Source: Nemertoderma westbladi (taxonomy: Eukaryota > Animalia > Xenacoelomorpha). From it: a DNA stretch of 64,000 bases. The stretch spans positions 1 to 64,000 of the forward strand of contig JAUCBJ010007025.1 in the NCBI GenBank assembly GCA_032718475.1. Reading direction: 5' to 3'. Below, in pieces: positions 36,801 through 48,913 of the stretch. The notes below the pieces were generated by a model. That model was not told where the DNA came from and did not search any database. It was given only the letters and a program-made list of their open reading frames with translations. The stretch's first letter is position 1, and the number at the start of each line of letters is the position of its first letter. The position numbers and the translations under genes are program-made.

Positions 36801-39586
36801 AGCACCCCCCAACCCCCACAATATTGTAATCTTAGCACACTCCAATTTCTATGATCAGAGAGATGGCCAGCAAATTTACCCCCATGAATTTCATTCCATA
36901 TCTTAAATCTCCACTCCTTTGGGACAGCTAAACGCGGCTGCCGAAAATCAACATTATCTTCTACTTTATATAAAACACCGTCAATTAGAGTGGTATTATC
37001 AGAATTAGTTTTTACAAAATCTCTCATCTTTTTGTCACTGGGTACTATTTTAGATACATGAAAATCAATAAGTGCACGTAAATCAGAATCAGTATACTGT
37101 AACTCTTTCAATAATTCCGTCTCCTCCCGTAACTTTTCAAAAGACTCACATATATTTGAGCTAGCACAAATACCGTTTTGGTTGCTAGTAGCAACCGGAA
37201 TTCTCGAAAGAGCATCAGCATTACCATTTGCTTTGCCCGGCCGATGAAAAACATGATCAGGATTAATATACTCATTGATATTAAATACCCACCGCGCTAA
37301 TGGACCGGTTAATTCAGTACGCCCACGCAACAACCCCTTAATAGAAGCGTGGTCTGTATAAACAACATTACTACTTATTCGACCATATAAGTATGTACGA
37401 ACATGATTACAGGCCCAGTTCAAACCCCATAATTCTAGATGAGGCGCACTGTACCTACGTTGTGCGTTATCAATATGTTTAGACGCATATGCAATGGGAT
37501 GTAACATCCCATCACGATCACAAATTTGTGATAAAATTGCACCAAAACCTATTTCACTCGCATCTGTTTCCAAAATAAAAGGTTTATCAAAATCTGGATA
37601 TTCTAGAACTGGTGTGGATACCAACCGGTTCTTTAGTTCCCAATATGCCAAGCGAGTGGAATTGGTCCAGACAAATACAGTATTTTTCCGTAACAGTTCG
37701 TATAAAGGTTTAGCAATACTTCCATAGCCCTCAATAAAACGTCTATAATAGTTTGTTAACCCTAGAAAACCTCTAAGTGTTTTAAGGTTATGGGGCTCCG
37801 GATAATTCAGAACTTTATCAGTTTTTTTAGGGTCCGGGCTAATACCATTTCTAGAAATGATATGACCCAAGTAATTAGTTTGAGACTTAAAAAAGGTACA
37901 TTTCCTTACTTTGAGTTTTACCTTTTTGGTTAATAACTGTTCTAGAATAAGTTTTACGTGGTTTAAATGGCTAATAAAGTCATCCGAGTTAATTAATATG
38001 TCGTCAATAAATACGTTATATGGATTTTTCCCTACCACACTAATACCCCGCAACATTTTTTCCATAGCGCGTTGAAAAGATGCCGGAGCATTACATAACC
38101 CGAAGGCTAACACAATAAATTCATAAAACCCTGACGAACAAGTGAAAGCTGTTTTGGGAATATCATCATAGGATAACGGAATTTGCCAATATCCCATGGC
38201 TAAATCTAGGGAGGTAAAGTACTTTGAAGAACGCAAACGGTCCAATATATCCTCAATATGGGGAAGAGGATAATTATCTTTGACCGTGTAACTATTCAAC
38301 TTCCGGTAGTCTACGCAAAACCGAACAGACCCATCGGGTTTCGCTGCTAGTACAATTGGGGAAGACCACGGACTCTGAGATGGCTGAATCACCCCCAAAT
38401 CTAACATTTTCTTTATTTCCTTGGCCACAACTGCCTTTAATTCGTGGCGAGTCCTGCGAAGTCCCTGTTTAATAGGCGCCGTGGTACCCGTATTAATACA
38501 ATGTTCCGGTAAATCCGCTCTCCCAAATTCATCATCTGAGAGTTGGAATACATCGTGGTACTCTTTTAGTAGATTCAAAACCTCCGACTTTTGTTCTTCT
38601 GTCAAGTCCGTTTCCGATAAATCGATGCTGGATTCGAGTACCTTCTCGCGTTCCTTTACATTCGTTATTACTGCCGATAAACCATCCGCAACCGAATCTA
38701 GAACATTGGTGTCCGTGACATCCGTATCCGTGATTTCCGTTAGATTAATTGTACCATTATCGGCAATTAAGTTCGTACATTTCCCAATAGTTAAACCTTC
38801 TGGAATAGATTTGTGGATGGAATCTAAATTTAGAATCCCCAATAAACCGTAACCATCCTCCTCCAGTTCAAGAACGGCTCCCGTAGAACATAAACCGTAT
38901 TCCGCTAACCCATCTGAAGGTTCAAATAAACATTGTCGAGACGGGAGTTCTTTAAACTGTCCTTCAACCTGTACCTTTACAAAACTCGCTGTCCGAGGAG
39001 GAATTTGTTTTCCAACTAACAGTGCACACAACCCGCTGTTGTTATTCCGTGTATCTGTAACGCCCCGATCATCCGCTCCGATCTTTTTCCTCCAAGAATC
39101 TACAACCTTGGAAATCGAATCCATGGCAAAATCCGAATGGTTTATTTCTAATCGTTCCGTCCCGAAAATCGTGCGTTCCGCAGTCCTCAAAGAAACCCCT
39201 AACTTTGGTAAGGCATCCGTTCCAACTACAAAATCATGATCAAAATCTCGAACAACCCACAAAGTGATTGTTTCCGTAAAACCATCTAAAGTTACAGGGG
39301 CTTTAAATCTGGCGCATACATCTAGTTGGGCTCCAGTAGCTGAGCTTAAACGTAATAAATCCGAACTAGTATCCACAAGATGTCGTTGTGTACCCAATTC
39401 TTTAAGAATACATTGAGCTGTTGATACAGAAACTAATGTTGCTTGGCAACCAGAGTCCAATAAAACCGTATATTCTAAGGAACCGACCTTTACCGTGGAT
39501 GTACATCGCATTCCCAGTTTAGTTTCTCCACTACTAACGATATTTGCCTCACCGAACAATAAGTTTACTACTGAGTTATCCACCAA
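36746..39586 (-). CDS. pol: Gypsy pol: protease, RT, RNase H and integrase zinc-finger start
   Basis: LLDSGC, SPWSSP, RFCVDYRKLN, FIDD, TDAS, ADALSR and H...AGH motifs. The DDE core is absent. Confidence 0.9.
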   Translation of the reverse strand: MVDNSVVNLLFGEANIVSSGETKLGMRCTSTVKVGSLEYTVLLDSGCQATLVSVSTAQCILKELGTQRHLVDTSSDLLRLSSATGAQLDVCARFKAPVTLDGFTETITLWVVRDFDHDFVVGTDALPKLGVSLRTAERTIFGTERLEINHSDFAMDSISKVVDSWRKKIGADDRGVTDTRNNNSGLCALLVGKQIPPRTASFVKVQVEGQFKELPSRQCLFEPSDGLAEYGLCSTGAVLELEEDGYGLLGILNLDSIHKSIPEGLTIGKCTNLIADNGTINLTEITDTDVTDTNVLDSVADGLSAVITNVKEREKVLESSIDLSETDLTEEQKSEVLNLLKEYHDVFQLSDDEFGRADLPEHCINTGTTAPIKQGLRRTRHELKAVVAKEIKKMLDLGVIQPSQSPWSSPIVLAAKPDGSVRFCVDYRKLNSYTVKDNYPLPHIEDILDRLRSSKYFTSLDLAMGYWQIPLSYDDIPKTAFTCSSGFYEFIVLAFGLCNAPASFQRAMEKMLRGISVVGKNPYNVFIDDILINSDDFISHLNHVKLILEQLLTKKVKLKVRKCTFFKSQTNYLGHIISRNGISPDPKKTDKVLNYPEPHNLKTLRGFLGLTNYYRRFIEGYGSIAKPLYELLRKNTVFVWTNSTRLAYWELKNRLVSTPVLEYPDFDKPFILETDASEIGFGAILSQICDRDGMLHPIAYASKHIDNAQRRYSAPHLELWGLNWACNHVRTYLYGRISSNVVYTDHASIKGLLRGRTELTGPLARWVFNINEYINPDHVFHRPGKANGNADALSRIPVATSNQNGICASSNICESFEKLREETELLKELQYTDSDLRALIDFHVSKIVPSDKKMRDFVKTNSDNTTLIDGVLYKVEDNVDFRQPRLAVPKEWRFKIWNEIHGGKFAGHLSDHRNWSVLRLQYCGGWGVLFCRVSSRGKYSLSSGFG

Positions 39587-39670
39587 ATAGCTGTTAGGAT
39601 TTCTGACAGAAGCTGCTTTTCCTTCATTTCTAGAAGGAAAGGGTTTCGAAACCAGATGTGCTGAGTTTGT

Positions 39671-40846
39671 TTATGTTTGATTGAAGTTACGAGGAGTTTG
39701 GAAAGATTTTGCAGGACCGTATCTTCTATCACGCGGACACTGCTCCTTCCAATGGAATTCGTTATGGAACCCAAGACTATCGCAGAATTTACACTTCGGT
39801 AATGGACGCGAATGAGGATTGAACGATGCAGAAGGTTGAAACGCAGGTGAATTTGAATTCGGTGTAAAACCATCTCTGTGTGGTTTATTCTCAGAATATT
39901 GATATCCGCTATTATTACTTCCATAAGGCGTCCGTTTAAAATTCTGTTGAAAATCCCGTGGACGACTACTAAACTGTTGAGAATTAAAACGCCGCGCTGA
40001 TGCGTAATCATCAGCTGACACCGCTAACTGACTTAGAGATTTTAGTTTTCTATCTCGCAACCAAACTTGCAGATCATTAGGTACGCAATTGGAAAACTGT
40101 TCCATTAAAATTAATTCTTCTAATGGAATCATTTCTTCATCTTCACCCGTAACCTGCTCATACACCCACCGCCTATAGGATTCCCGCATTCTCTCCGCAA
40201 ACTCACTAAAGGATTCATTATCTCTTTTTCTGTCTCCCCGAAACCGCAACCTCAAGTTCTCCGTATTTATGTCATATCGCGACCGAATTATCTCTTTCAC
40301 CCTATCATAATCAGCAGCATCCTCATTAGAAAGGGTGGAAAAAGCTGCTAATGCTTTACCGGTTAGCCGACCAGCAAGCTGGGTGGACCAGACTGATCTG
40401 TCCCACCCTTGTAATGTGGCTGTCCGTTCAAAAACCGTAAGAAAGTGTTCAATGTCATCATTGACCGTTAAAGCCCGTAACATTGGCTTTGGGGGTTTAA
40501 CTGTCGGGGTATCATTTTCCCGGAATGGTTCCCTTCCCCCAGCCCCGCCAACACCGAATGTGGTTCCCTGCGCCAATTGCTCGACCACCCCTTGCATATT
40601 TCTTTGCTGTTGGATAAGTACTGAGAATATTTCTTGTTGCTGTTGTAGTATGTTTAGCATTGGATCTACACCTCCAGACGCCGCCTCTGTGGGTAGTGAA
40701 ATACCAAATGCCTTAAGTGACTTAGGTGGCAACCCTATTAAAAAGTTTACAACATCTTCCTTTCTCTTCCCAGCAGAATCAAAATCAAATTGGCGACCAA
40801 TCTCCCGCAGCCGATCAAAAGTAAATCCCTGTAATATCTCTTCCAT
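39671..40846 (-). CDS. gag: Gypsy Gag (SCAN-like capsid C-terminal domain, zinc knuckle)
   Basis: DDIEHFL..FER.A...W, LTGKA, EQF...P...VWL.D....L......ADDY motifs and a CKFC...H...C knuckle. Confidence 0.85.
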   Translation of the reverse strand: MEEILQGFTFDRLREIGRQFDFDSAGKRKEDVVNFLIGLPPKSLKAFGISLPTEAASGGVDPMLNILQQQQEIFSVLIQQQRNMQGVVEQLAQGTTFGVGGAGGREPFRENDTPTVKPPKPMLRALTVNDDIEHFLTVFERTATLQGWDRSVWSTQLAGRLTGKALAAFSTLSNEDAADYDRVKEIIRSRYDINTENLRLRFRGDRKRDNESFSEFAERMRESYRRWVYEQVTGEDEEMIPLEELILMEQFSNCVPNDLQVWLRDRKLKSLSQLAVSADDYASARRFNSQQFSSRPRDFQQNFKRTPYGSNNSGYQYSENKPHRDGFTPNSNSPAFQPSASFNPHSRPLPKCKFCDSLGFHNEFHWKEQCPRDRRYGPAKSFQTPRNFNQT

Positions 40847-41130
40847 ACCGTCAGACCGTTGTACAATTATTTCCGTATTTTTCCTTAGGCTTTAGGCCTA
40901 CCGAATTTCAGAATTAGGCAACTCTAAACTGTCAGTCTGCCAATACAGCAATACAACAATGAATAAATTACCGGTACCGTACTCACAATTCCGTAATTGA
41001 TATCCGTTCCCAGTTCCGTAAAATGTATCCGATCCGTTACCGTTACCACCGTTTTACTACCGGTACCGGTATCCGTAAAATAATTTCCAAATTTTGGATT
41101 GTGTAGGTATCCGAAAAGCATGAGATCTGG

Positions 41131-41142
41131 ATCTCGGTGGGA
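41131..41142 (-). promoter_or_regulatory. PBS-like sequence complementary to part of the tRNA-Gln 3' arm (TCCCACCGAGAT)
   Basis: Matches the metazoan tRNA-Gln sequence ...ATCTCGGTGGGA(CCT-CCA) as I recall it. It lies 3 nt from the LTR and lacks TGGAGG. Confidence 0.6.
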
Positions 41143-41145
41143 AGT

Positions 41146-41350
41146 TGTAAGCCCCCGTTTGCCGTACCCGCCGCTATCATGAAGTAATCAAATAATCTCT
41201 CAATCTAATATAATATATAATCTTATCTGAATATATTCCTAATCTCTAATACAGTCCTATCGGTACATAAATCCGATCTCGACTCCCAGACTCTCAGTCA
41301 TATATCCCAAAAACCCTCTTCCATGGCCTACTCTGTATCATATCCTTACA
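41146..41350 (-). repeat. Gypsy 5' LTR (205 bp)
   Basis: Direct repeat of 35958-36162. Confidence 0.95.
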
Positions 41351-41389
41351 TATCATTGCCAAAAACCGGACTATACGCTATGTTACTGG

Positions 41390-41645
41390 ATCCGATGGCA
41401 CTGTGTACGACTTACCGCAACATCTAGGGGCGCTATAATGCTGGGTCCATCGGCACTGTGTGTGGCTGGCCGCGAGATCTTGGGCCACTGTTTGTCTGAC
41501 CATGAGATCTGGGGCCCTATGATGCTGGGATCACCGGCACTGTGTACGGCTGGCCGCGAGATCTTGGGCCACTGTTTGTCTGACCATGAGATCTAGGGCG
41601 CTATGGTGCTGGGTCTGACAGTAGAGGGCGCTATGATGCTGGGTT
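41390..41645. repeat. Compound ~84-bp tandem repeat
   Basis: GGCACTGTGT...GAGATCTTGGGCCACTGTTTGTCTGACCATGAGATCT...CTATGATGCTGGG units. Confidence 0.8.
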
Positions 41646-41822
41646 CTTTTCATTAGTGATAATGATTATATAAAAATATAATTTACTATCAATTAATGTA
41701 ATACAAATTATATGTACATAATTATAAGTATTAATGTTAAATACATTATTTGCACCGCAGTTACTTACCAATAGAGTCTACTAACAGTATGTATAATGTA
41801 GCATAATAATTTATTGATAAAT

Positions 41823-42488
41823 TCAATTCTTTTTTAATGGGAGTTTGGAGAATGCATTGAGATGGCTCAACATCATCTCTAGAGACTTTGTCTGCCCTAC
41901 CAAATTCTCCTCGAGTTGAACCAAAGAGTTACTGAGTCGGGAGTCATCTGATTCCATAACGGTTAAAAGTTCTAGGTGTCTCTCACATTTACGGGATATT
42001 GAAGCTGTTTGGTCTCGATGAGTGTTAACTAAAAGTTTAAGGGCCCGTCTTAAACCGGAGTTATGGCGTACTGGAGACTTCCTTTCTGGGCTTTCTGACT
42101 CATTATGTTTGTGCGTTTGATGGCCAGTAGATGGCGCTACTTTGGGTACATGTGGAGGTATATCGTTTTCGTTGTAAGCCGATACTTTATATCCTTCTGT
42201 GTTGGGTTTTATTGGTCTTTCGTCGTAATGGAGGGGTGTGGCCGCGTGTGGCGTTGTGTGTGGCTCAGTGGCGCCGTGTGGCAGCCAATGTGGCGGCGCG
42301 TGAGGCTCCGTGTACCACTGCTGGGTGTGTGAGTGCTGTGGCCATTGGTGTGGCTGGGTGGCGGTACTCTCTGGCGTTCTCTGTGGCAGGGATGTGGTGC
42401 TGGATGTGGCAGCCCAGTGGCTTTGAGCCACAGTATCGTCGTATTTCTTGTAGGCTGACTCCCTGTGGTGGAATTCCGAGTGGCCGGG
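41823..42488 (-). CDS. Putative terminal exon of an unknown gene (His/Pro/Thr-rich region, then a C-terminal coiled coil)
   Basis: Open for ~220 codons. Preceded on the minus strand by TACTAAT (branch point), a pyrimidine tract and CAG. Confidence 0.45.
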   Translation of the reverse strand, partial: PGHSEFHHRESAYKKYDDTVAQSHWAATSSTTSLPQRTPESTATQPHQWPQHSHTQQWYTEPHAPPHWLPHGATEPHTTPHAATPLHYDERPIKPNTEGYKVSAYNENDIPPHVPKVAPSTGHQTHKHNESESPERKSPVRHNSGLRRALKLLVNTHRDQTASISRKCERHLELLTVMESDDSRLSNSLVQLEENLVGQTKSLEMMLSHLNAFSKLPLKKN

Positions 42489-42719
42489 CTGTGGAGAAAA
42501 AGTGGTACGCATATTAGTAAAAAATTATGATTTTACTTAACTTTAATTAACTCTGCCGAGGCTATCGCTTAAATTAGAAATATTAAATCAAAGAGAAGTA
42601 TGTCGTTTGAGGATGAGAAAATAATATTAGTGGCAATCAAAAAATGATATTCATGTCCATTAGGGATCTAGTTGAATCACGAAAGGAAACCATAGAGGCA
42701 AAGAACACCCTATTAGCGA

Positions 42720-43150
42720 TATACTGTCTGCATACAGTCTGCAACTACAATGGGCGAATTTTATACACATTATTTATTGATTTTAGAAAAGCATTCGATA
42801 TGGTTTTTGGTTATGCCCAACTTCTTTCTAAAATTCACCGGTTAGGAATACATGGTAAAACTTTTGACTTAATTAAGGATTTTTATTTAACAATTCAATT
42901 AGAATATTTGATCGATTTGAGCCTGTCCGCTGAGGCGATTCGACAACTACGGGGAATTTTACAGGGGGATTGTCTGTCACCGCTTATCTGTTAAACTACT
43001 AAGGTTTATATTACTTGTGGATGATCTAGTGATTTACTCGAGAAACAGGGACGATATACAACAGAGTTTGAATGCTCTTCGACAATTGTGTTTATTGATT
43101 AAATAGCATGGAAATTAATCTGGTAAAAACAAAAGTTGTTAAATTCTGAA
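42720..43150 (+). pseudogene. Decayed LINE RT fragment
   Basis: FIDFRKAFD and GILQGDCLSPL motifs. Confidence 0.78.
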
Positions 43151-43534
43151 AGATGGTCGTTCATCTGTCAAAGCAAGACAAAGTTATCTACATCGGGAAA
43201 GCAGTGAATATAGCAAATTTTTTGCAATCTGTTAATTCAATGGGGAAGTGGAAACATGTGTGGCATGTTTATCTGTCTGACCACAACTCTAATTTTCGAG
43301 GATAAAAAGTGAAGAAAAGTTAGAGTTGTTTATGTTATTGTTAAAAAGTGAAAAAAATGACAGCATTACTGACGAATGTATATATGTGGGGCTGCGCATT
43401 AACAATGGAGTGACATGAGTTCAAGTATAGTGTATGTATATTATAAGTAGAGCAAACCATGCATTAGGCCTAGACAGCTAGATGATAGGGCAGTACAGAA
43501 GGCAGTATGATTACTGGAATACTAAGCATACTTA

Positions 43535-43740
43535 CGTCCCGGTTTCCTAGGCTGCCAAGCAGCGAAAAGCGTTGTTAAGCAACGATATAAACAACTGAGT
43601 TTGTGTTATGAACTAAGTACGCCTAAAACAAACTGTCACCGCACAGCGGTGAAAAAAAAACGGTTTTCCTAGGCTGCCGAGCAACGAAAAGCGTTGTTAA
43701 GCAACGATATAAACAAATGAATTTGTGGCATGAACTAAAT
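43535..43740. repeat. Two ~80-bp direct repeats downstream of the Gypsy fragment
   Basis: TTTCCTAGGCTGCC(A/G)AGCA(G/A)CGAAAAGCGTTGTTAAGCAACGATATAAACAA twice. Confidence 0.8.
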
Positions 43741-43813
43741 AAATGGTTACATAATTTGTATTATTGGGCCATGTAAAATGGAGTTGCGTTTGGGTATGAA
43801 TTGTCTACATGTA

Positions 43814-46800
43814 TTATTTCGGGAAACCATAGTATTGAGGGGGTCGGACTGTGCGTCCGGAACAAGTGGCTGGTTTCGGCGGTTGGATCGGGGTCTCGGG
43901 GGTTGGTGAAGCGATCTCGGCCCAGGTCGGGGGTACTTCCGGGGGCGGAGTCGCTGGTTCCGGTACATTTAGTGGCGCGGTGGGCGGACTCGGAGTCGGT
44001 GTGGTGGCCCCTCCTTCCGAGGTGGTGCGGGGTCGGAGGAAGACTCGGTTGCGTCGGAGTATGCTACCACTCTCCTGGTGGACCATGTAGTCGTGGTTCG
44101 GGAGCGCTTCGATGACTACGCCTTGGCCCGTCCAATGCTTGGTGATGGTATTCTGGACGAGGACGGATGTCCCTATGGATATAATATGGAGGGGCCGAGT
44201 GCGGAGGTCGTAGGCCGCACGTAGGCTGCGTTTGAATTTTTCGGCGACCTCGTCCAGTTGCTGGAAGCTCCTCCTCCATTTGGGGTCGAATGAGGAGGAA
44301 TGTGCCGGCAGGGCTTCCCGTATGTTGCGCCCATACAGTAGTTCTGCAGGCGAGCGCCAGCCGTATCGCGGCATATTCCGAAACGCGAGTATACCTTGCG
44401 CGATTCCGTCGACATCGTGGTTGGTCCCTCGAACGATTCGTTTCATCGCTTTCACGGCGGCTTCGGCACGGCCGTTGGTGCGGGGAGGTATGGAGACGAT
44501 GGGTCGAAGTGGACCCCCCAGTTTTTGAGGAAGGTCCTCACCGCCTCTGAACCGAACTGGGGCCGCCGTCGGGATGGAACTCCTGGGGGACGGCGGTAGC
44601 TAGAAATAGATGTCGGAGGTTCATGATGATGGCAGCAAAAGTTGTATCAGAACCAAGTCGGAACAAAGTGGGCCAACCAGTGTATTCGTCGGTAGCAACC
44701 ATGTAGTTCGTGCTGTCCGCCACGAATAGGTCGGCGTGGACCCTTTGGAACAGCCGAGTGGCCTCGGGGTGCCGTTGGAGGGGTTCCGGTGCTTGGGACG
44801 GTAGTGACGACTGACAGGATTGGCAGCTATCGATGGCGACCGCAATGTCGTTCGAAATGGTCGGCCACCAGACCGACCGACTTGCGCGCTCACGGGTCTT
44901 GTTGAGGCCCTGGTGGGCGGCGTGGAGTAGTTGGAGGGTGTTTGAACGGAGTTCCTTCAGGATGTAGATCTGCGGCCCGTGGAGGATGATGCCATGTAGG
45001 GTCGCAGGTCGTCGTTGGTAATGTTATGACGTGACGTCAGCCAGCTGTCCCGGATCGTGGCGAGGAGAGCCGAGTAGATTGGGTCGACGGCGCCGGCGGC
45101 TCGGATTTCGTCGAGTCGGGCGTCGCAGGCGTCGAGTGTCTGCGCTGTCTCAGCGAGAGCCGCCGAGATGATGAACTCGTGGTTGTTGTTGTCATCGGCC
45201 GCGAGGACGAGGTCGTCCGGAGTGGGTTTATTTCGCGGCGAGCGGGAGAATGCGTCGGCGACGAGGTGCCGGGATCCTTTCTGATGGCGGGCAGTGAAGT
45301 TAAACCGCGATAGAGCCGTTTTTAATTTTAAGAGACGGTCATTTGAGACCTGGCCGAGCCGTCTATCATTCAGGATGGGTATGAGGGGGCTACAGTCTGT
45401 GACGAGGTCGAAGTGGTTTAGCCCATCCAGGAAGTAGCGGCACTTGTGTGCCACCCAGGCCGCTCCGAGGGCCTCCAGTTCGGCCATCCTGGACCAGTTA
45501 GCCTCGTGTTTGGCGAGGGTCCGAGAGCCGCACTGGATGGTCAGCCAGCAGTTTGGAGTCGGGTCGCATTGGCGTAGGAGGAATCGAAGGCCATTGAGTC
45601 GAGAGGCGTCTGTCAGCAGTTCGGTTTTCCTGTCGGGGTGGAAGCCAGAGAGGTAGAGTGGGCTAGACAGCGCTGATCAGGTGGACTCGAAGGCGGTCTG
45701 GTGTTGCGGCAGCCAAACCCAGGTGGTGCGGTCCGTATTGAGGCTGCGCAGTGGCTCGATGAGTTGGGAAATCTCCGGAGTCAAGTTTCCCAACTGTTGT
45801 GCGAGGCCGAGGAAGGACCGAAGTTCGGGACGGTTGGTTGGAACTGGAAAGTTACGGAGGTCATCAGTGAGGGATGGGTCGATCCGGTAGTTGCCGTGAC
45901 TGACGAGGTAGCCTCCGAAGCGGACTTCGGGGCGGCAGTATTGGACCTTGTCCGTGTTTATAGATATGTTGGCAGCGTCGCAGGCGGCTAGAACGCGAGC
46001 AACTGCTTCCGGGTGTTGTTTGGCTGTCTCCGTGTGGATGATGACATCCTCCACGATCCGTCCGATGTCGGGGATCCCATGGAGTGCTCGGGCCATCCTC
46101 GCGTTGAACAAAATCCGAGCTTCCGTGCCACCCCATGGGCATCCGCCGGTAGCGGAAACGGCCACGTGGGGTGGCGAAGGTAGTGAGGCGGCGGCTGGCA
46201 AGGTCAAGACCCACCTTGTGGAAGCCCTTCAGGCCATCGAGGACGGTAAAGTACCGGGCCGAGGTTGGGATTTTGGAAACGACGTGGAATGGGGAGTTGG
46301 AGAAGTAGCTCGGGCGAACCGTAGCTTTATTAAGTTCGCGCAGATCGACCGTTATGCGAACTTTGTTGGGGTCGCTCTTTTTGCGTGTAACGACCATCGG
46401 GCTGAGCCACTCGCCCGGGTTATTCTCGTCTCCGGCGGGTTCCAGTATACCCATAGCGATCTGGGTGTCGAGTTCCTGGTTGAATGCCGCCTCCATGTTG
46501 ACGAGGATGGTTCAATTAGTGTAGCATTGGTTAGGTCAGGCACCAGGGATGAGTTTGATTGTTATTTCCCCGCCGGTCATTATGCGACACTGCCCTGAGA
46601 GTGGGCGGGGAAAGCGGCGTTCGAGTGCTTCCCAGTCGGCTTTGACGGACGCCACTGGGGGTATGGTGGTGGCATGTGGAACGGTAGAGGGGGGCGGGGG
46701 GGGTGGCCGGCGTTATCGGGGCGATGGCTGGCCCAGTCGGCGCCGTATTATTGGTGGCTTTGGTTGGTAACGGCGTTGCAGTGGGCTTGGTTTGCTCTGA

Positions 46801-47713
46801 ATATGAGTAGTTCGTTGTCGCCGTGAGGTCGCCACCGCGGAGTATCGGGCTCTGCAGGATGCCTAAGGTGAAGCACGCCCGTCGGGAGAGGAGAGGCTGT
46901 TGGAGTCCATCGAGAACCCACAGGTCTGTAGTGCAGACAGTTCCGAGGGTGGCGCATCGAAGTGTGGCGTTAAATATGCCTTTAAGCGACCACCCATCGC
47001 GGCTCCCATTGGCAAGGCGGGGGACCTGGGGGGTATCGGAGTCTCGGTGGTTCGTCATTGGTTCGCCATCGGGGTGGCGGAGGTTCTCGAGGCGACCACC
47101 AAACGCCCTGAAGGTCCGCCATGGGATAGTGGACACATTAGCTCCTGAATCGGGCAGGAATTGGAGTTCAGGGATTCCGTGTGAGGGGTTCTTGGTGACC
47201 TGGAATCCGATGGTCACTGTCTCTAGGGATTCGAGTCTCTCGGTGGCGGAGACGGCTGGGATGGCTCCAAAGTCGAATCCCTCCAGGATTGTCGACCATA
47301 TTTGGGCGTGACTGGCAGACTCTGGGGCATTCCGGGCATTGTCTGGTACCCAATCGGTTGAGTTTGTCTTTGGGTTGTGAGTGGGGCGGTTGCGGCACAT
47401 GCGGTCGTAGTGGCCTACCAGGTTGCAGTGCCGGCAGTGCACCGCAGCACCCGGGCAACGTTTGCCTGCCAGGTGAGGGGGGTATCCACATTGCGGGCAC
47501 TTCGAGTTCGACCATTCCTTGGGCGGTGGCTGCGTGCATCGCGGTGTCGCTCCGATGCGACTGGTGACTGCAGAAGGAATGGGCGAGGGGGGGCAAGGGA
47601 TGCCACGTCTTTGCGGACTGCCCAGACGGCTTGTGCTAGTCGGAGTGCATCGCCAAGGGTGGAGTCGTTAGGAAGCCGAAGAAGTTGCTCGGTAACCTCC
47701 TTATCGACGAATC
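43814..47713 (-). mobile_element. Frameshifted Gypsy (Mag-like) gag-pol, interrupted in gag by Bel copy B
   Basis: Double zinc knuckle, PDSGA protease, WLSP..V..K...VRITVDLRELN, TDAS RNase H, ADAFSR and integrase core, spread over several frames. Confidence 0.87.
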
Positions 47714-48913
47714 TGTTCGCGCTTTCAGACCTTTGGCAGTTTAACCCGCCAAATTAGGATGTCTTTATATAATAAATCACTTTTAGCCTATGACAAGTAT
47801 TTGATTCACTACACTAGTCGAAACCAATCTGTGCGCGATCATTCACCCGCTGGATATACCCGGGAGATTGGGTTCGACGGCTTAATCTTATTGCTATGTA
47901 AGCCTAATGTATTATTCGATTGACAGTATTATATAATCTCTGACAATATTATTCACCTTCAGGGAATATTAACAGTTCCTTTAGGACGTGGCGCTCTATC
48001 TATATAAACAGAGTTATGACTTGAACTACTCACAACGATATGGCTTAGTTATAATTCACATATATGGCGCATTCTTTAGGAAATGCTTCGTTATCAGTCT
48101 CACTCATACACAATGCTGCACAATACTGCACACTAATCTGCCGATCTTCACTGATTTTATTCACATATAAAAGGAACACGGACCGACTCATGTAGGGTCT
48201 ATCAAATAACATTAGATTCACTTCAAACCACTTTAACATAAGTCACAATCGTTATATATAACCTTTCTCTCTTACCTTCGGTATATCAAGAATATTGGGT
48301 TTCGGGGTTATTTATCGTTATTCCAAATATAATAATTCATCAACCATATTATGAAGGACCGACAGTAAATAGCAGTATAACAATATAAAGTATGCACAGT
48401 GTTTGATTAGGTATGGTATGTTATGATTTGAGTTGAGATAACGGATATATGTCCTTATAATTAAGCCTACTAGTGTTAGGCTAAAAACAGAACAGCACAA
48501 AATATTTCCAAGCCGCTCTCTCCTGGCTCAGGACAGAATGTAAACACTGCACATAAAGCATTACGTGATTTCTAGGAAATTTCTCTACAAGAGCCATAAA
48601 AATGCTCTGATTGGCTGACTGAACTGAGAGACGCCGTAGAACAAAGAAAATCAACACGTATGAATATCAGCTGTTAACCGTAGTCATAGTAACTACTGTT
48701 CAAGAGTAGCTATCACCCTTTGCGTCATGGAATTGCCATAGAATCATCAACTATGCCTTTCACAGTACACATACGGAGGAAATAGGTCTTAGATCCTCTA
48801 AAAAACACCGATACAGCAATAATACGGTCTCTTACACCTATTAAATCAACTACAGAGTATTTTAATGTAAAAGATAATAAAAATAACGGGGCAATTCAGC
48901 AAAGGCTTTTACA
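47714..48913 (-). repeat. 3' LTR of copy B (1200 bp)
   Basis: Same termini as the other family LTRs. The flank GAATC is the predicted TSD. Confidence 0.93.

Larger units (their letters stand above)
35958..41350 (-). mobile_element. Gypsy LTR retrotransposon with SCAN-like Gag and a deleted integrase core
   Basis: Apparently identical 205-bp LTRs, TATC TSD, PPT GCGGGGGGAATA, gene order gag-PR-RT-RH-(partial IN). Confidence 0.93.

Noticed and set aside
41415-41640. CTCF-like motifs (CTAGGGGGCGCT, GTAGAGGGCGCT)
   Set aside because: Short GC-rich matches within a tandem repeat, with no independent support.
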